This document shows, in pieces, positions 16,631 through 27,077 of a stretch of DNA of 64,000 bases. The first letter of the stretch is position 1, and each line of letters opens with the position of its first letter. The notes under the pieces are model-generated. The model saw nothing but the letters and a program-made list of their open reading frames with translations. It did not search any database and was not told the origin of the DNA. Origin of the DNA: a virus (taxonomy: Duplodnaviria > Caudoviricetes); the IMG/VR virus record IMGVR_UViG_3300027759_003844, positions 1-64,000 of that record, one strand, 5' to 3'. Position numbers and translations under genes: made by a program.

Positions 16631-17104
16631 TTATTCAGACCATGTTATATGAGCTGATTTAGTTACCATTTCCTTACCATTAAAGTACCATTGCCACATA
16701 GAATTATCTTCACCTGACCAAGTAACATAACTACCTTCTTTAACAAAAGGCGCAATTGCTTGGAAGAAGTGTTCCTCAGAACCAATCTTATTGCTATAGC
16801 ATAGATCTGTTAGATTGCCTTCTTCATCATAAGCAATACCTTCAAAGCCAAGTTCAAACAAAATATCTTCCATACTTTTACATGTTTCTGGATAATTAGC
16901 TGGCATCCAACTAAACCATTTAGCTGGATGATAATCCATACCTTCAGGTCTAGGTGAACTAGAACTTATACCTTCACTATTCCAACCACCACCACTTTTT
17001 AGATCATCTCTTTCGTTAAGTTTGCACATTGCCTTGTAGCAATCCTCAAACTTATCTTTAGGGATAAAGATATTGGCTTCCGTTGTATCTACATAGTATC
17101 CCAT
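16631..17104 (-). CDS. hypothetical protein
   Basis: MGY start; IAPFVKEGSY.W.GED motif; SD present. Confidence 0.75.
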   Translation of the reverse strand: MGYYVDTTEANIFIPKDKFEDCYKAMCKLNERDDLKSGGGWNSEGISSSSPRPEGMDYHPAKWFSWMPANYPETCKSMEDILFELGFEGIAYDEEGNLTDLCYSNKIGSEEHFFQAIAPFVKEGSYVTWSGEDNSMWQWYFNGKEMVTKSAHITWSE

Positions 17105-17120
17105 TGGATACCCCTTTCTA

Positions 17121-17657
17121 TTAGTTTTGAATTCTCCAGTTTAATAACTTACCTTCAGAATTATCCATAATATACTTTGCAACTTTAAGATTGCAATCTA
17201 TATTAAGTAATCCATTTAATGATGTACCACAAACATTTTTAGTTACAGTTTTCCATGAACTATTGATCTGAACCAAGCCTCTATCAATAGAGCCATCTTT
17301 ATTTAAAGTCCATATGACATTACCATTAGCATCAAATTTTGCATTTATTGCTTTTGGATTACATCCACTTTCTCTCCAAGCAATATATGAAAACACATCT
17401 ACTGGCAATCCATATTCTCTAAACTTAGATTCCCATTGAGGACATCTTTTAGTTTTATCATCAGGTACTCTTGTATCTTTTACAACAGGGATGTACAAAT
17501 CATCTCGCTGTATTGAAGGTAAGTCTATCCGTGGTGCAAACGCATAAGCATTCACGGTCTCTTTACCTTGTTCAACATTTGCACCATATGCAATTGTTGC
17601 TATTACTCCTAAATATATACTTACTATTAAAATTGAAATTGAAGTTTTTGTCTTCAT
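17121..17657 (-). CDS. secreted lytic transglycosylase (SLT/lysozyme-like)
   Basis: signal/TM N-terminus; IAWRESGCNP catalytic Glu; DRGLVQIN; N...A motif. Confidence 0.85.
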   Translation of the reverse strand: MKTKTSISILIVSIYLGVIATIAYGANVEQGKETVNAYAFAPRIDLPSIQRDDLYIPVVKDTRVPDDKTKRCPQWESKFREYGLPVDVFSYIAWRESGCNPKAINAKFDANGNVIWTLNKDGSIDRGLVQINSSWKTVTKNVCGTSLNGLLNIDCNLKVAKYIMDNSEGKLLNWRIQN

Positions 17658-17792
17658 TTTGCCTCCTTAGTTTAGGTTTTGCGATAAGTTCGCATTAGCA
17701 TAGCTTTAGATGCAAAACGAGGGCAATCTACAAGTTTGCTCGCTCGCTTTACAATTGTTTTATCTTATACAGACCTCCCAAACTACTTTTAT

Positions 17793-18146
17793 TTAAAGGT
17801 TTTCTTCTCTCATTACATCAAATAATTGCCTTGCGACACCTTGATGCAATGTAGGAATCATTGACATTTGCTCACGCATTTCTAAATTATAAGAATTTGC
17901 GTAATGACTAAATGCTTCCTCAATCGTCATACTAGAACTTTCCGCAATTGTAGCCAAAAGCACACCCAAATGCAACATGCACCCAAATATTACTCCTGGC
18001 ATAAATGCTGGGTCTTCTTCGTTATCTGATGAATACGAAAGCATAAGCTCATTAGTAACATTTTTGTCATTATTCAAGTATGCAGATAGCATCTGCATTG
18101 CTATATCCGTATACAACTCATCATTACTATCTAAATTTACTGACAT
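17793..18146 (-). CDS. hypothetical protein
   Basis: AAGGAG SD. Confidence 0.7.
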   Translation of the reverse strand: MSVNLDSNDELYTDIAMQMLSAYLNNDKNVTNELMLSYSSDNEEDPAFMPGVIFGCMLHLGVLLATIAESSSMTIEEAFSHYANSYNLEMREQMSMIPTLHQGVARQLFDVMREENL

Positions 18147-18339
18147 ACCACTCCTTCAAAGTAAATATACGGTAAACAATTATACCATATATTATAAAAT
18201 AACTAAACAATTATGAATGCTATTAACGCTATAAGTATCATAGGTAATATGACAATGCCTATCATTGAAGCCATAATAACAAATACTACACCTAAAAACG
18301 CAATCCAACACCACCACAAAAACGCTTCTAATACTGACA

Positions 18340-18681
18340 CTAAATCTCCTCTGTTAAGGCTTTGATAATTTTTTTCTTATTCTTCTTTTCATCTGGCGAT
18401 AATCCTTGTTCAATTAACTGAGAGAAGTATTCAATATTCTTTGTTATCTCTCTATGCGTAGCTGAATGAGGATTATAAAAGTATTCCTTAATGTGACCAG
18501 TAGTTTCTGATTCAGCAGTAGAATATTCAAATATTCTTGCATACCAATTATCAGGCTTAAACCCATGTTGATCCTTACATATTTGACCAGCAATACTTAA
18601 TGCTTCTTTGACAGTATTTACTGTATCAACCTGTATAGGAAAACGGAACTCTACTACGAAATAATTACCAAACTTAGGCAT
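18340..18681 (-). CDS. hypothetical protein
   Basis: AAAGGA SD. Confidence 0.7.
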   Translation of the reverse strand: MPKFGNYFVVEFRFPIQVDTVNTVKEALSIAGQICKDQHGFKPDNWYARIFEYSTAESETTGHIKEYFYNPHSATHREITKNIEYFSQLIEQGLSPDEKKNKKKIIKALTEEI

Positions 18682-18691
18682 AGTATCCTTT

Positions 18692-20323
18692 CTAGTGAAT
18701 AATGCTTACAGTAAAACTACCATCAATCTCAATGAAGAACCTTGTGCCATTGTCAATAGCAATAGCAGATCCAACTCCAGCATCTACTCTATCACCAGAA
18801 ATTTTATACGCTTTTTTACCGAGAGACATTACATAACAGTTTAGCGGTTGACACCATGCAATGCTATATCCAACTCCACCCAATTCGGAAATACTTTCCA
18901 ATGGAATATAAATTCCATTTACCCCAACTTGAATTAAGTCTGGCTTATAGTAATCGCACATCAATTTACCAATCCTGCGATCAGCCAAATCCCTAAACTT
19001 TCTCCCAGCGATATCACCATCTGTATTACCAGTCTCATAGTGATCATATTCATGAATGATAGTTGCTACCAATTCATTCAGCTCACCATTTGATGCATGG
19101 TTTTTGTCAATCAGAATCTGTTTGTCTTTTGTATTCGGATTGATTACAACACCTAGATAGTGTTCAGTTTGCTTAGGGATAAAGCAAGCAATTGGTTTTT
19201 CTAATTGCAATAAACCTGGCTCAAACCTTGCTGCAATTTCAATTGCTTTGACCAACTTTGGATAACGATTGATATCGTTATCAATTTCAAAGTTAATTGC
19301 CTCACCAGCAATATCATCAATTGTTCTAACTCCAGCTTTTTTCAAAATACCAAAGAAGAAACTAGAACCCATTGTTTTAAATGGGAATCCTTTTTCTTTA
19401 ATAAAAGAAACATACGCTTGATTCAGAGATTGCTCATCTGTAACCATAATGCAATTCTCATCATATAGTTCACACCAAGCCTCTAACCAATTATCATCTA
19501 CATCATGTAAAGATGTACTAAGTTCAAATTCAAAATATGTCTTACCTGAATTTGCCATCTTAATCATATCTTTAGCGATAGAGAGACTCTTACACTCACA
19601 AATAGATTGAGCAATCCTGTAATTCATTGAGAACTCATCTGATACTGTACGCATTTCATTGAGTTTAAGATTTTGAATTTCATAATCAAACATTGGTTGA
19701 TATTCTTCATTTTCATAAACCATAACTTGCTTTGAATAAACATGCATCTGTTTGTTATATGGTTTATAAAACTTAACTGGAGCATATGAGGATTCATTTT
19801 CATAGACTGAATCTCTATTTTCAAGGAAGTATTTATTGTGATCATTATATATTTCCATCATCAAAGGTGATGCCGTAATGTAAACAGCGAACTCACCTTT
19901 GTTGTAAGCAACATCTTTTTCTTCAACAATGCTGCGATACCAATTACCATTAGAAGTATAAGCTTCATCCATAGCATTTGCTATTGCTTCTCTATAGATT
20001 TGAAATGGATCTTCCCAACTCAATACCCCAGCATCAACAGTAAACGAAGATGATTTTTTATAGTCACCGTAATTGTAAACAATACAGTCAACTCCATCCT
20101 CGTTCTCTACATCATACTTAAGCGTATATGGACCTTTTTCATCCTCGCCAGTAAATGCCCAATCCAATCCCATACGCAAAGCTGCAATCGGAGCATATTT
20201 AATACCCGAACCGAATTGCCCAATCGTATCTGGATCATTTCGTTTAGTGGATAGCCCTAGTTTTTCTAAGGCTATCCGACTAACGAAACCAGACTCATTA
20301 GCTATTTTGATATACTTCTGCAT
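18692..20323 (-). CDS. GHKL/Hsp90-like ATPase with C-terminal HExxH motif
   Basis: GLSTK..IGQFGSG and REAIANAMDE motifs; TIIHEYDH. Confidence 0.75.
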   Translation of the reverse strand: MQKYIKIANESGFVSRIALEKLGLSTKRNDPDTIGQFGSGIKYAPIAALRMGLDWAFTGEDEKGPYTLKYDVENEDGVDCIVYNYGDYKKSSSFTVDAGVLSWEDPFQIYREAIANAMDEAYTSNGNWYRSIVEEKDVAYNKGEFAVYITASPLMMEIYNDHNKYFLENRDSVYENESSYAPVKFYKPYNKQMHVYSKQVMVYENEEYQPMFDYEIQNLKLNEMRTVSDEFSMNYRIAQSICECKSLSIAKDMIKMANSGKTYFEFELSTSLHDVDDNWLEAWCELYDENCIMVTDEQSLNQAYVSFIKEKGFPFKTMGSSFFFGILKKAGVRTIDDIAGEAINFEIDNDINRYPKLVKAIEIAARFEPGLLQLEKPIACFIPKQTEHYLGVVINPNTKDKQILIDKNHASNGELNELVATIIHEYDHYETGNTDGDIAGRKFRDLADRRIGKLMCDYYKPDLIQVGVNGIYIPLESISELGGVGYSIAWCQPLNCYVMSLGKKAYKISGDRVDAGVGSAIAIDNGTRFFIEIDGSFTVSIIH

Positions 20324-20335
20324 AAAGATACCTTT

Positions 20336-20995
20336 CTATTTTAGTGATAGTGATGTTAAGATACGACTCTTGTTGTATTCAGTATACTGTAAAGCATCTA
20401 GAACTTCATTAATTTCTAGAAGGGAATACGAACGCAAAACAACTTCATTATTTATGATAGCAGTAGGTTGAATAACACCTTCTGTTTGCTTCTTCATAAA
20501 TCCTTCAATAATTGATTCTACTGATTTAATAAACAATTGACCAGTATGACAAGGTGATTCATAACTGAATTGCGAAAGCAAATCCCTAGCCATTGATTCA
20601 GCATCAGGTTCTTCCATATGTTGTTTTACTTCATTAGCAATATCTCCATAATCAACAGCTTCCATAACGCTATCAACAATGCTTGATGTGCTAATATAAT
20701 CTTCCAAATCAATATCACCAAGAACATCTGTAACCTTATCGTTCCAGTCAATATTCTCAATTGCTGATTCAATTACATTATCGTAATCGTATCCAGCAAT
20801 CAGTTCCTCAACCTGATCTCCAGTCATTGTGTAGTCTTTAAACATCTCAATTAACTGTTCTGCTGGGAATGTCATTGTTGCAACAACATCCTTATTCTTT
20901 TCTTGTACTGGTTCCATGTTTAGTTTTTCTCCTGTTTTTGAGGTGTAAATAATATTTCCTGCTGTATCTGTTTTTTCTAAAAATTCTTGTGTCAT
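20336..20995 (-). CDS. acidic hypothetical protein with short internal repeats
   Basis: repeated DY/DW/DL..V.E pattern. Confidence 0.7.
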   Translation of the reverse strand: MTQEFLEKTDTAGNIIYTSKTGEKLNMEPVQEKNKDVVATMTFPAEQLIEMFKDYTMTGDQVEELIAGYDYDNVIESAIENIDWNDKVTDVLGDIDLEDYISTSSIVDSVMEAVDYGDIANEVKQHMEEPDAESMARDLLSQFSYESPCHTGQLFIKSVESIIEGFMKKQTEGVIQPTAIINNEVVLRSYSLLEINEVLDALQYTEYNKSRILTSLSLK

Positions 20996-20997
20996 TT

Positions 20998-21390
20998 CTA
21001 TAACCCTTCTGCCATGAATTGTGCATACCTATATATTGCTGAATGACTTGATACTTTCCTTTTAGCCCCATCAAACCAATCTTGATAATGATAAAATACT
21101 TCATCAACATTATTGCTATCATCAAGATAAGCTTCAATAAAAGAAGCAGGTCCACCAGTACTCAATTCAATTCTCATAACTTTTTGAATTGAAATACCCA
21201 ATGCATACTCGTAAATAGTATCCTCATTGAGACCTTCATCTTCAATTAGTTGCATTACTTTCTTATCATCTTCATCATCTTCATCCAATGTTTCACTATC
21301 TACTACTTTAAACATAAACGAAAGATATTCTTCACAGTTATCCATATTTGATTGTATTCTTGATTCACAACTATCAGTTTTTACACTCAT
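20998..21390 (-). CDS. hypothetical protein
   Basis: IELSTGGPA...YHYQDWFDGA motif. Confidence 0.75.
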   Translation of the reverse strand: MSVKTDSCESRIQSNMDNCEEYLSFMFKVVDSETLDEDDEDDKKVMQLIEDEGLNEDTIYEYALGISIQKVMRIELSTGGPASFIEAYLDDSNNVDEVFYHYQDWFDGAKRKVSSHSAIYRYAQFMAEGL

Positions 21391-21905
21391 AATGCCTCAA
21401 CTTCTTTCTTAAGTTCAAAGAACTCATCTATGTTTGTTATATGACTAATTTCTGATTTCACTAAAATGAATAATGAATTTACATATCTTGCAAACCCATT
21501 GAATCTTTCAATTATAATTGAATCTGAGATTGGAATACTACTTTGACCATTACTTTCTGGACACTTAATATAATTAAATGTAGTTGTAGAATTATAGGAA
21601 TGTATTGTCATAGGACAAGCCCAACCTGCACTTCTACCTGATCTATCAACATGATCATAACCCCAGCTATGTCCTATTGACTGACATTTATTCCAAAACA
21701 TAGCCTGTACTCCGCTATATACATATTCATTCAATTCATAGTTGAAATACATTTGCCCATCTAATAGAGGACTCATGCGAGAATGATGATCTTTTACATT
21801 AACACCAAGATTTCCATCTTGAGTTATAAATTTTTGATCTATAAACTCAGGAATAAAATATCCTCCTCTTAAGTTTTTAACACTATGTAGTTTAATGCTA
21901 TCCAT
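21387..21905 (-). CDS. hypothetical protein
   Basis: NVK and GRSAGW motifs. Confidence 0.7.
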   Translation of the reverse strand: MDSIKLHSVKNLRGGYFIPEFIDQKFITQDGNLGVNVKDHHSRMSPLLDGQMYFNYELNEYVYSGVQAMFWNKCQSIGHSWGYDHVDRSGRSAGWACPMTIHSYNSTTTFNYIKCPESNGQSSIPISDSIIIERFNGFARYVNSLFILVKSEISHITNIDEFFELKKEVEAL

Positions 21906-22002
21906 TACTTTCCTTTCCCGATGTAAAACATCGTAATATGATTTATATAAAACAAACCCGCCGATTTATTAGCCAATTTTTCACAATTTTGAGTATACGC
22001 TA

Positions 22003-22371
22003 CTAATCAATATCGTACTCATATTCTTTTTCACATTTAGGACATTCAAACATAACTGTTCCACGATACTCTTCTTTTAGCACTACGCCAGAGAAATCAC
22101 AAGTCCTTTCAACAACCTCATCTGAATGATAATAACCATTTAGTTCATGCATTATTTTCTTAAGACGAGTGTTGATTAAATACTCGCCAATACTCCCATT
22201 GTTTTTAAATTCGTTATACAAAGTCAGTGCGTGATCAGAAAGACGATACAATTGCAATCTTGTAATAGTTACATATTCCGTTGTTGCTTCACAATCAAAA
22301 TGTTCTTCAAATTCATTCCCGCCAGCAATTTCATATTCATTACCAGTTACCCCAGGTGGATAGTTACTCAT
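22003..22371 (-). CDS. zinc-ribbon protein
   Basis: MSNYPPGVTG start; CPKC. Confidence 0.7.
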   Translation of the reverse strand: MSNYPPGVTGNEYEIAGGNEFEEHFDCEATTEYVTITRLQLYRLSDHALTLYNEFKNNGSIGEYLINTRLKKIMHELNGYYHSDEVVERTCDFSGVVLKEEYRGTVMFECPKCEKEYEYDID

Positions 22372-22442
22372 ATCATTCTCCTTTTGTTAGTTGAACTTAA
22401 ATGGGGTTAGGATACCGATCAAATACCCTAACCCCAAATCTG

Positions 22443-23360
22443 TTATTTAATTGAAACCCAAACTTGTTGAGCAAGTAGGTTCATTGGATAATCGCTAAGA
22501 CGATTCTTTGTCAATCGCTGGTTATAAGCATTCACAATAACAAATGGCAAAGCAGATGCTGTAACAGAACTTGCATTTACACCAATTGACTTTGCATTTG
22601 CGATAAGCGTATTTGGATTACCAAACTTTTGCAATGTAGTAATCATACGAGATACCTCAACTTTTGCACCATAACGATTATAAACAATTGCAACAGCAGA
22701 AATCAAAACATCACGCATTGTGCTAGATGAATCTCCATACGCTGATTTAATCGTATACAATGTATCACGCAATACTTTTTCTCCAGCATTACGATATACA
22801 CGCCTAATTGTAGATATAGCACGAACCTTATTATCACCAGGACCTACACCAATAATCAAACCTAAACTATTAAGGATTTTATTAATAGCAATAGTTTCTT
22901 CATCACCAGAAACAATTCCAGCTTTAAAGATATCTGTTGTATTAGGTTTTGTATGTTCTTGATTCAACATTGCAAATATTTTTGCTTCTTCTTGAATAGT
23001 CAAAGAAAAATAAACAAGAGCATTGACTGTTGAATCATTTAGCCCTTTCATACGCAAAGCATGAACTCTATGACTACCATCAATAACAGCAATAGAGCCA
23101 TCTTCACGCATTGAGCAAATAATAACGCCAAGAATATCTGAATCAAAGTTCTTTGCGATCTTGTTTACTTTTTTCATAATAGGCTGTCTCTGATATGTAT
23201 AATCAATTGTCAAATCTGATATCTTAACAATTGACGACATCTTAGAGATATGTCCTTGATTAAACAATGCACCAACTTTTTCTTCTGAAAAGATTGGTAT
23301 ATTCAGGTTCTTTTTGATTTCTGATTGTTCTACTTGCACTTCAAAGTCAATGGCTTCCAT
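22443..23360 (-). CDS. ParB/Srx-like N-terminal domain protein (DUF6551-like)
   Basis: L.ID..YQR...IA.NFD..LGVI...VIDGSHR..A...EA.IF..LN. Confidence 0.8.
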   Translation of the reverse strand: MEAIDFEVQVEQSEIKKNLNIPIFSEEKVGALFNQGHISKMSSIVKISDLTIDYTYQRQPIMKKVNKIAKNFDSDILGVIICSMREDGSIAVIDGSHRVHALRMKGLNDSTVNALVYFSLTIQEEAKIFAMLNQEHTKPNTTDIFKAGIVSGDEETIAINKILNSLGLIIGVGPGDNKVRAISTIRRVYRNAGEKVLRDTLYTIKSAYGDSSSTMRDVLISAVAIVYNRYGAKVEVSRMITTLQKFGNPNTLIANAKSIGVNASSVTASALPFVIVNAYNQRLTKNRLSDYPMNLLAQQVWVSIK

Positions 23361-23362
23361 GA

Positions 23363-23566
23363 CTATTCTCCTATGCTGTTGTGGATTAATTGCTCTACTT
23401 CTGAATAAACAGAAGTCATTTGCCCAAATGTTGTCATTTGGGATTCTCTACTTGATATCAAATCAGCAATCTGTTGAGCTTCATTAATATCTCTTAGACT
23501 AATATAAATATCTTTTACAATTTTAATTTTAAAAGATTTTTCGTCAGTTAATACATTTGTTACCAT
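23363..23566 (-). CDS. hypothetical protein
   Basis: packed ORF. Confidence 0.55.
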   Translation of the reverse strand: MVTNVLTDEKSFKIKIVKDIYISLRDINEAQQIADLISSRESQMTTFGQMTSVYSEVEQLIHNSIGE

Positions 23567-23834
23567 GTTTAATCACTATCTCCTTTGCAAGATTAATCTC
23601 TATATTTGTCTTATATGTGCGGTGATACTTTCTTCTTTCCCTTTGTGAAAGACCACCCCAAATCCCATATATTTCATCAGCAAATATAGATTGTTGAAAA
23701 CATTCAGCAGCAACACTACATTTAGAACATAATGCTTTTGCCAATTTAATTCCAGAAGTATCATCGGCAAAGAAATCAATACCCTTAGTCTTACGACAAA
23801 GAGCATTATTAGTCCAGTGTTCACTCATTTTCAT
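23544..23834 (-). CDS. whiB: WhiB-family transcription factor
   Basis: W...ALC...FF...AK..C..C.V..EC...GIWGGLS..ER. Confidence 0.95.
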   Translation of the reverse strand: MKMSEHWTNNALCRKTKGIDFFADDTSGIKLAKALCSKCSVAAECFQQSIFADEIYGIWGGLSQRERRKYHRTYKTNIEINLAKEIVIKHGNKCIN

Positions 23835-24207
23835 TTTCCTCTGTATTCCAATAAGGCAGAGTTGAAGATTCTTTCTTGATTTCTTCTATAACATTGTGCT
23901 TTGTATTATAAAAATATTCTTCTCTACTCTCATCTTCCAAATTAGCAAGAATATTAACAATATGAAAACATAATGCTACAGTAACTCCTGATACTCTCTC
24001 AATATCTAATTCTCCACTATCATCATATACACTGTTCATTATATTCATCATTCCATGCATTCTTGATACCATATCATCATATTCTATATTGTCTAGAATA
24101 TTAGTTATCAACTCCATATCATTAGCATAATCTGATGCATCTATCAAACCATCTGGAACAGAATCCATTGATTCATTCAAATTATTAAAGTCATCCATAT
24201 TAAACAT
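23821..24207 (-). CDS. acidic hypothetical protein
   Basis: AAGGAG SD. Confidence 0.7.
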   Translation of the reverse strand: MFNMDDFNNLNESMDSVPDGLIDASDYANDMELITNILDNIEYDDMVSRMHGMMNIMNSVYDDSGELDIERVSGVTVALCFHIVNILANLEDESREEYFYNTKHNVIEEIKKESSTLPYWNTEENENE

Positions 24208-24219
24208 ACTTCTCCTTTG

Positions 24220-24705
24220 TTAGTACCATATTGCTGAACCTTTGCATTTCTCACCAACAAAATTTAACCACCAACTGGCATAAATCCAATCGTTAATTAA
24301 TTCTTTTGATTGTTCTGGATATTTTGTACCTACTTTGTATGCAAATAATTCTGCATTATCTTTCATAAACTCAGACATTGAAATACAATCATCTGAATCA
24401 ATACCTTCATCTCCATTTACATGACCACTACCATAAAAAGTCCAACTAGAGTCATCATTATAAGTATCTTCTTTATCTTCTAATACACTCAAAAGATAAT
24501 TCCCATACTTTCCTCTATACCAGCAATCAGCACCAAACATACCCAATACTGGTTTTAAGTCTTTTACTAATGGATCTGATTCAATTGCATTTTTCCAACC
24601 ACAATTACCACATAATGCTGTAGCCTCACAATCAATATGACCTTCATCAGTTTTAGTTGCTTTACCTATACACGGTAAAACCATTGGCATATTATCTAAT
24701 CCCAT
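24220..24705 (-). CDS. hypothetical protein
   Basis: MGLD start; CWYRGK motif. Confidence 0.75.
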   Translation of the reverse strand: MGLDNMPMVLPCIGKATKTDEGHIDCEATALCGNCGWKNAIESDPLVKDLKPVLGMFGADCWYRGKYGNYLLSVLEDKEDTYNDDSSWTFYGSGHVNGDEGIDSDDCISMSEFMKDNAELFAYKVGTKYPEQSKELINDWIYASWWLNFVGEKCKGSAIWY

Positions 24706-24716
24706 GCTTTTCTCCT

Positions 24717-25310
24717 TTAGTTGTCAAAATCCATTTCGGATATATCGGCACAATCTTGATGGAAATCCCAACTATCATTATAAATTACTTCACCTTTTTT
24801 AATTTTAACTTGACCAGCAAAACCCATTCCAGGTTCTTCGTAATACAAATTGAAATTCAATTCTGGAAACTGAACACAAAGTGCATCAGAAAGTTGATCA
24901 CTTCCTGGAGCCCAAGCAGTATCATAATAAAAATGAACATATGAGTTATCTGTATTTTCAATAGGCTTATCATAATCTTTAATACCATCTTCTCCAAATG
25001 GATAAGAATATTGAACTAAATTAGCAAGATCGCTTTTAGTGATATCATAATCACCCCATTTAGTGCCCCAATTACTATTGCACCAATCATACCAATTATC
25101 AGTTCCATACTTCTTAATTAACTCTTCATTGCTTAATTTAGATGGTGAAGTAGTTCCTTCCAATTCTTTTGGCATTGGCATTAAACTTTTAAATAATTGA
25201 TAATTGTTTTGTTCTTTATCTTCACCATTATTTGTTACAAATGCTACAAACTTTTCTACATCTTCTGTTTTACCTAAAACACCTAATGTGTTATTACAAT
25301 GATTTGGCAT
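24717..25310 (-). CDS. DUF1281/YubB-like ferredoxin-fold protein
   Basis: MPNHC.N...WYDWC..NWGTKW...DTAWAP...YEEPGMGFAG. Confidence 0.8.
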   Translation of the reverse strand: MPNHCNNTLGVLGKTEDVEKFVAFVTNNGEDKEQNNYQLFKSLMPMPKELEGTTSPSKLSNEELIKKYGTDNWYDWCNSNWGTKWGDYDITKSDLANLVQYSYPFGEDGIKDYDKPIENTDNSYVHFYYDTAWAPGSDQLSDALCVQFPELNFNLYYEEPGMGFAGQVKIKKGEVIYNDSWDFHQDCADISEMDFDN

Positions 25311-25561
25311 TATTCTTCTCCCTTATATGTCTTTTTGTAATGTGTATACTTTGATTCAATTACTGCTTTAAATTGTTTTCCAGGAGTTGTTCCTGGAGTA
25401 TTTATTAACTTATTAAAATCATCAACATATATTTGTTCATAATAATATGTATCCAAAGATTTAAATATAGCTGTTAATTCACCATACATATTGCCGTTAT
25501 CTCTTTCATATCTTAACTCATCAAGCATTGATGAATTAAGATTTGTTACTGTTACTATCAT
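25310..25561 (-). CDS. KTSC-like protein
   Basis: SSML..LRY...F...YYY..I...PG..F pattern. Confidence 0.5.
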   Translation of the reverse strand: MIVTVTNLNSSMLDELRYERDNGNMYGELTAIFKSLDTYYYEQIYVDDFNKLINTPGTTPGKQFKAVIESKYTHYKKTYKGEE

Positions 25562-26250
25562 TTAAACTCCAATTCTATTTGGGCAGTATCATATTTAGAT
25601 ATTTCATTAGCAGTAAATGGAGGTCGCTCTAACCCATTACGATCACAGAATTCAAACCACTTTATATAGCCTGCTGCATTCCAATATTGAAGATTATAAA
25701 TAGCCATGATAATATCACTATCTTTTGGATGATTATTTTCAAAACTAACAAAAATATCCATATTCACTTCTAATTCAAAAAGAATTTCAGAAGCCCAATC
25801 TGGATGTTGATCAGTATCTACATAATCAGGATTATCTTTACTCCAATATTCAAGATCACTAATATTTTCAAGATCAATCATTTTTTGATACATATCTTCA
25901 TCAGCAACTGGATAGTCATCTAATTTGTCTAACCATTCCATTGCCAAAGCAAATGGCAATGCAATAGTCTTTCTATCTAATTCATATACACGACAAACCA
26001 ATCTGTCAACTGAACCCACAGCCCAATGGTTATATGTTTCAATTCTGTAATCTTCAGGGAAACTACCCATCAAATCCTCAGTAATATATTTAAAATTTGA
26101 TTTTTCTAATATGTCAGAGTCTCTGCTTTGATCAATATTAGTAAAACCCCAAGTATCAAACATATCTTCAGAACCCCAATAACCAAAATCTTCAGGTTTA
26201 GTAGTTGCTTGTTTTGCATACTTTTCAATGTTTTCAACATATTCATTCAT
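25558..26250 (-). CDS. hypothetical protein
   Basis: LEKSNF..HWAVG..L.DYPVADE motifs. Confidence 0.75.
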   Translation of the reverse strand: MNEYVENIEKYAKQATTKPEDFGYWGSEDMFDTWGFTNIDQSRDSDILEKSNFKYITEDLMGSFPEDYRIETYNHWAVGSVDRLVCRVYELDRKTIALPFALAMEWLDKLDDYPVADEDMYQKMIDLENISDLEYWSKDNPDYVDTDQHPDWASEILFELEVNMDIFVSFENNHPKDSDIIMAIYNLQYWNAAGYIKWFEFCDRNGLERPPFTANEISKYDTAQIELEFK

Positions 26251-26256
26251 GCGTTA

Positions 26257-26736
26257 TTACTGCATTCCTTTCAGTTTTGCTACATTCATTAGATTGACAA
26301 CTGCTTCTGCCATACTTCCCCTAGCACTTCCATAATCATATACTGGATTATCTATATCATCACTAAACATAATAGAACTACCAATCTTTCCAGCAGTATT
26401 AGCTGAAGTAAATAGGCGAACCCTTCTTTTTTTAGGATGCTGAGATGGAGGCAAATCACTATATTCATCTTCTTCTTCACTAATAGGTGCAGCCCAACCA
26501 CAAGTCGCAACAGTAATCATATCGTATTGATTAATTTGGCTAACAAGGGTTTCATTATCTGTATCCAGCATTTCATAAATATCATAAGCACTATCAATTT
26601 TTTCAAACTGAATGTTTAGATCTTCATCAAGCAGAATACCAAATGCTGAGCATTGCTTTGCATCAAATGGATGCGTGACTGTTTTGTGAATGTTACCAAT
26701 AACTACTTCTAGTTGTTGATTGTTTAGCGTTTTCAT
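26257..26736 (-). CDS. hypothetical protein
   Basis: T.GWAAP..PSQHP.RRVRL motif. Confidence 0.75.
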   Translation of the reverse strand: MKTLNNQQLEVVIGNIHKTVTHPFDAKQCSAFGILLDEDLNIQFEKIDSAYDIYEMLDTDNETLVSQINQYDMITVATCGWAAPISEEEDEYSDLPPSQHPKKRRVRLFTSANTAGKIGSSIMFSDDIDNPVYDYGSARGSMAEAVVNLMNVAKLKGMQ

Positions 26737-27077
26737 GACTTGATTCCTTTGTTTTCTAGTTGTTGTTTGATTTCTTTTTTAGCTTCTTCATCCCAATTCA
26801 TTGGAAGATTGTGTTCAATTAAAATTGCATATTCATAATCATGCTCATTACTTTCATTGTAATAAATAACAACTTCGGCATAAGTACCGAAATCATGATT
26901 GAATTTTTTAACAGCAAATTTTAATGAATCAGTTTCTTTAACATGAGGGAACATTCTTTCTAATTGATGAACATAAGCGTTAAGTTCAATTCTTGACAAA
27001 ACTGCATATTCATCAGAACCTAATTGAGCACAATGTTCATCAGTTGGAGATGAACCTATTTCCATATAATCAATCAT
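26733..27077 (-). CDS. hypothetical protein
   Basis: G..P.DE.CAQLG..Y...HDFGTY.EV motif. Confidence 0.75.
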   Translation of the reverse strand: MIDYMEIGSSPTDEHCAQLGSDEYAVLSRIELNAYVHQLERMFPHVKETDSLKFAVKKFNHDFGTYAEVVIYYNESNEHDYEYAILIEHNLPMNWDEEAKKEIKQQLENKGIKS

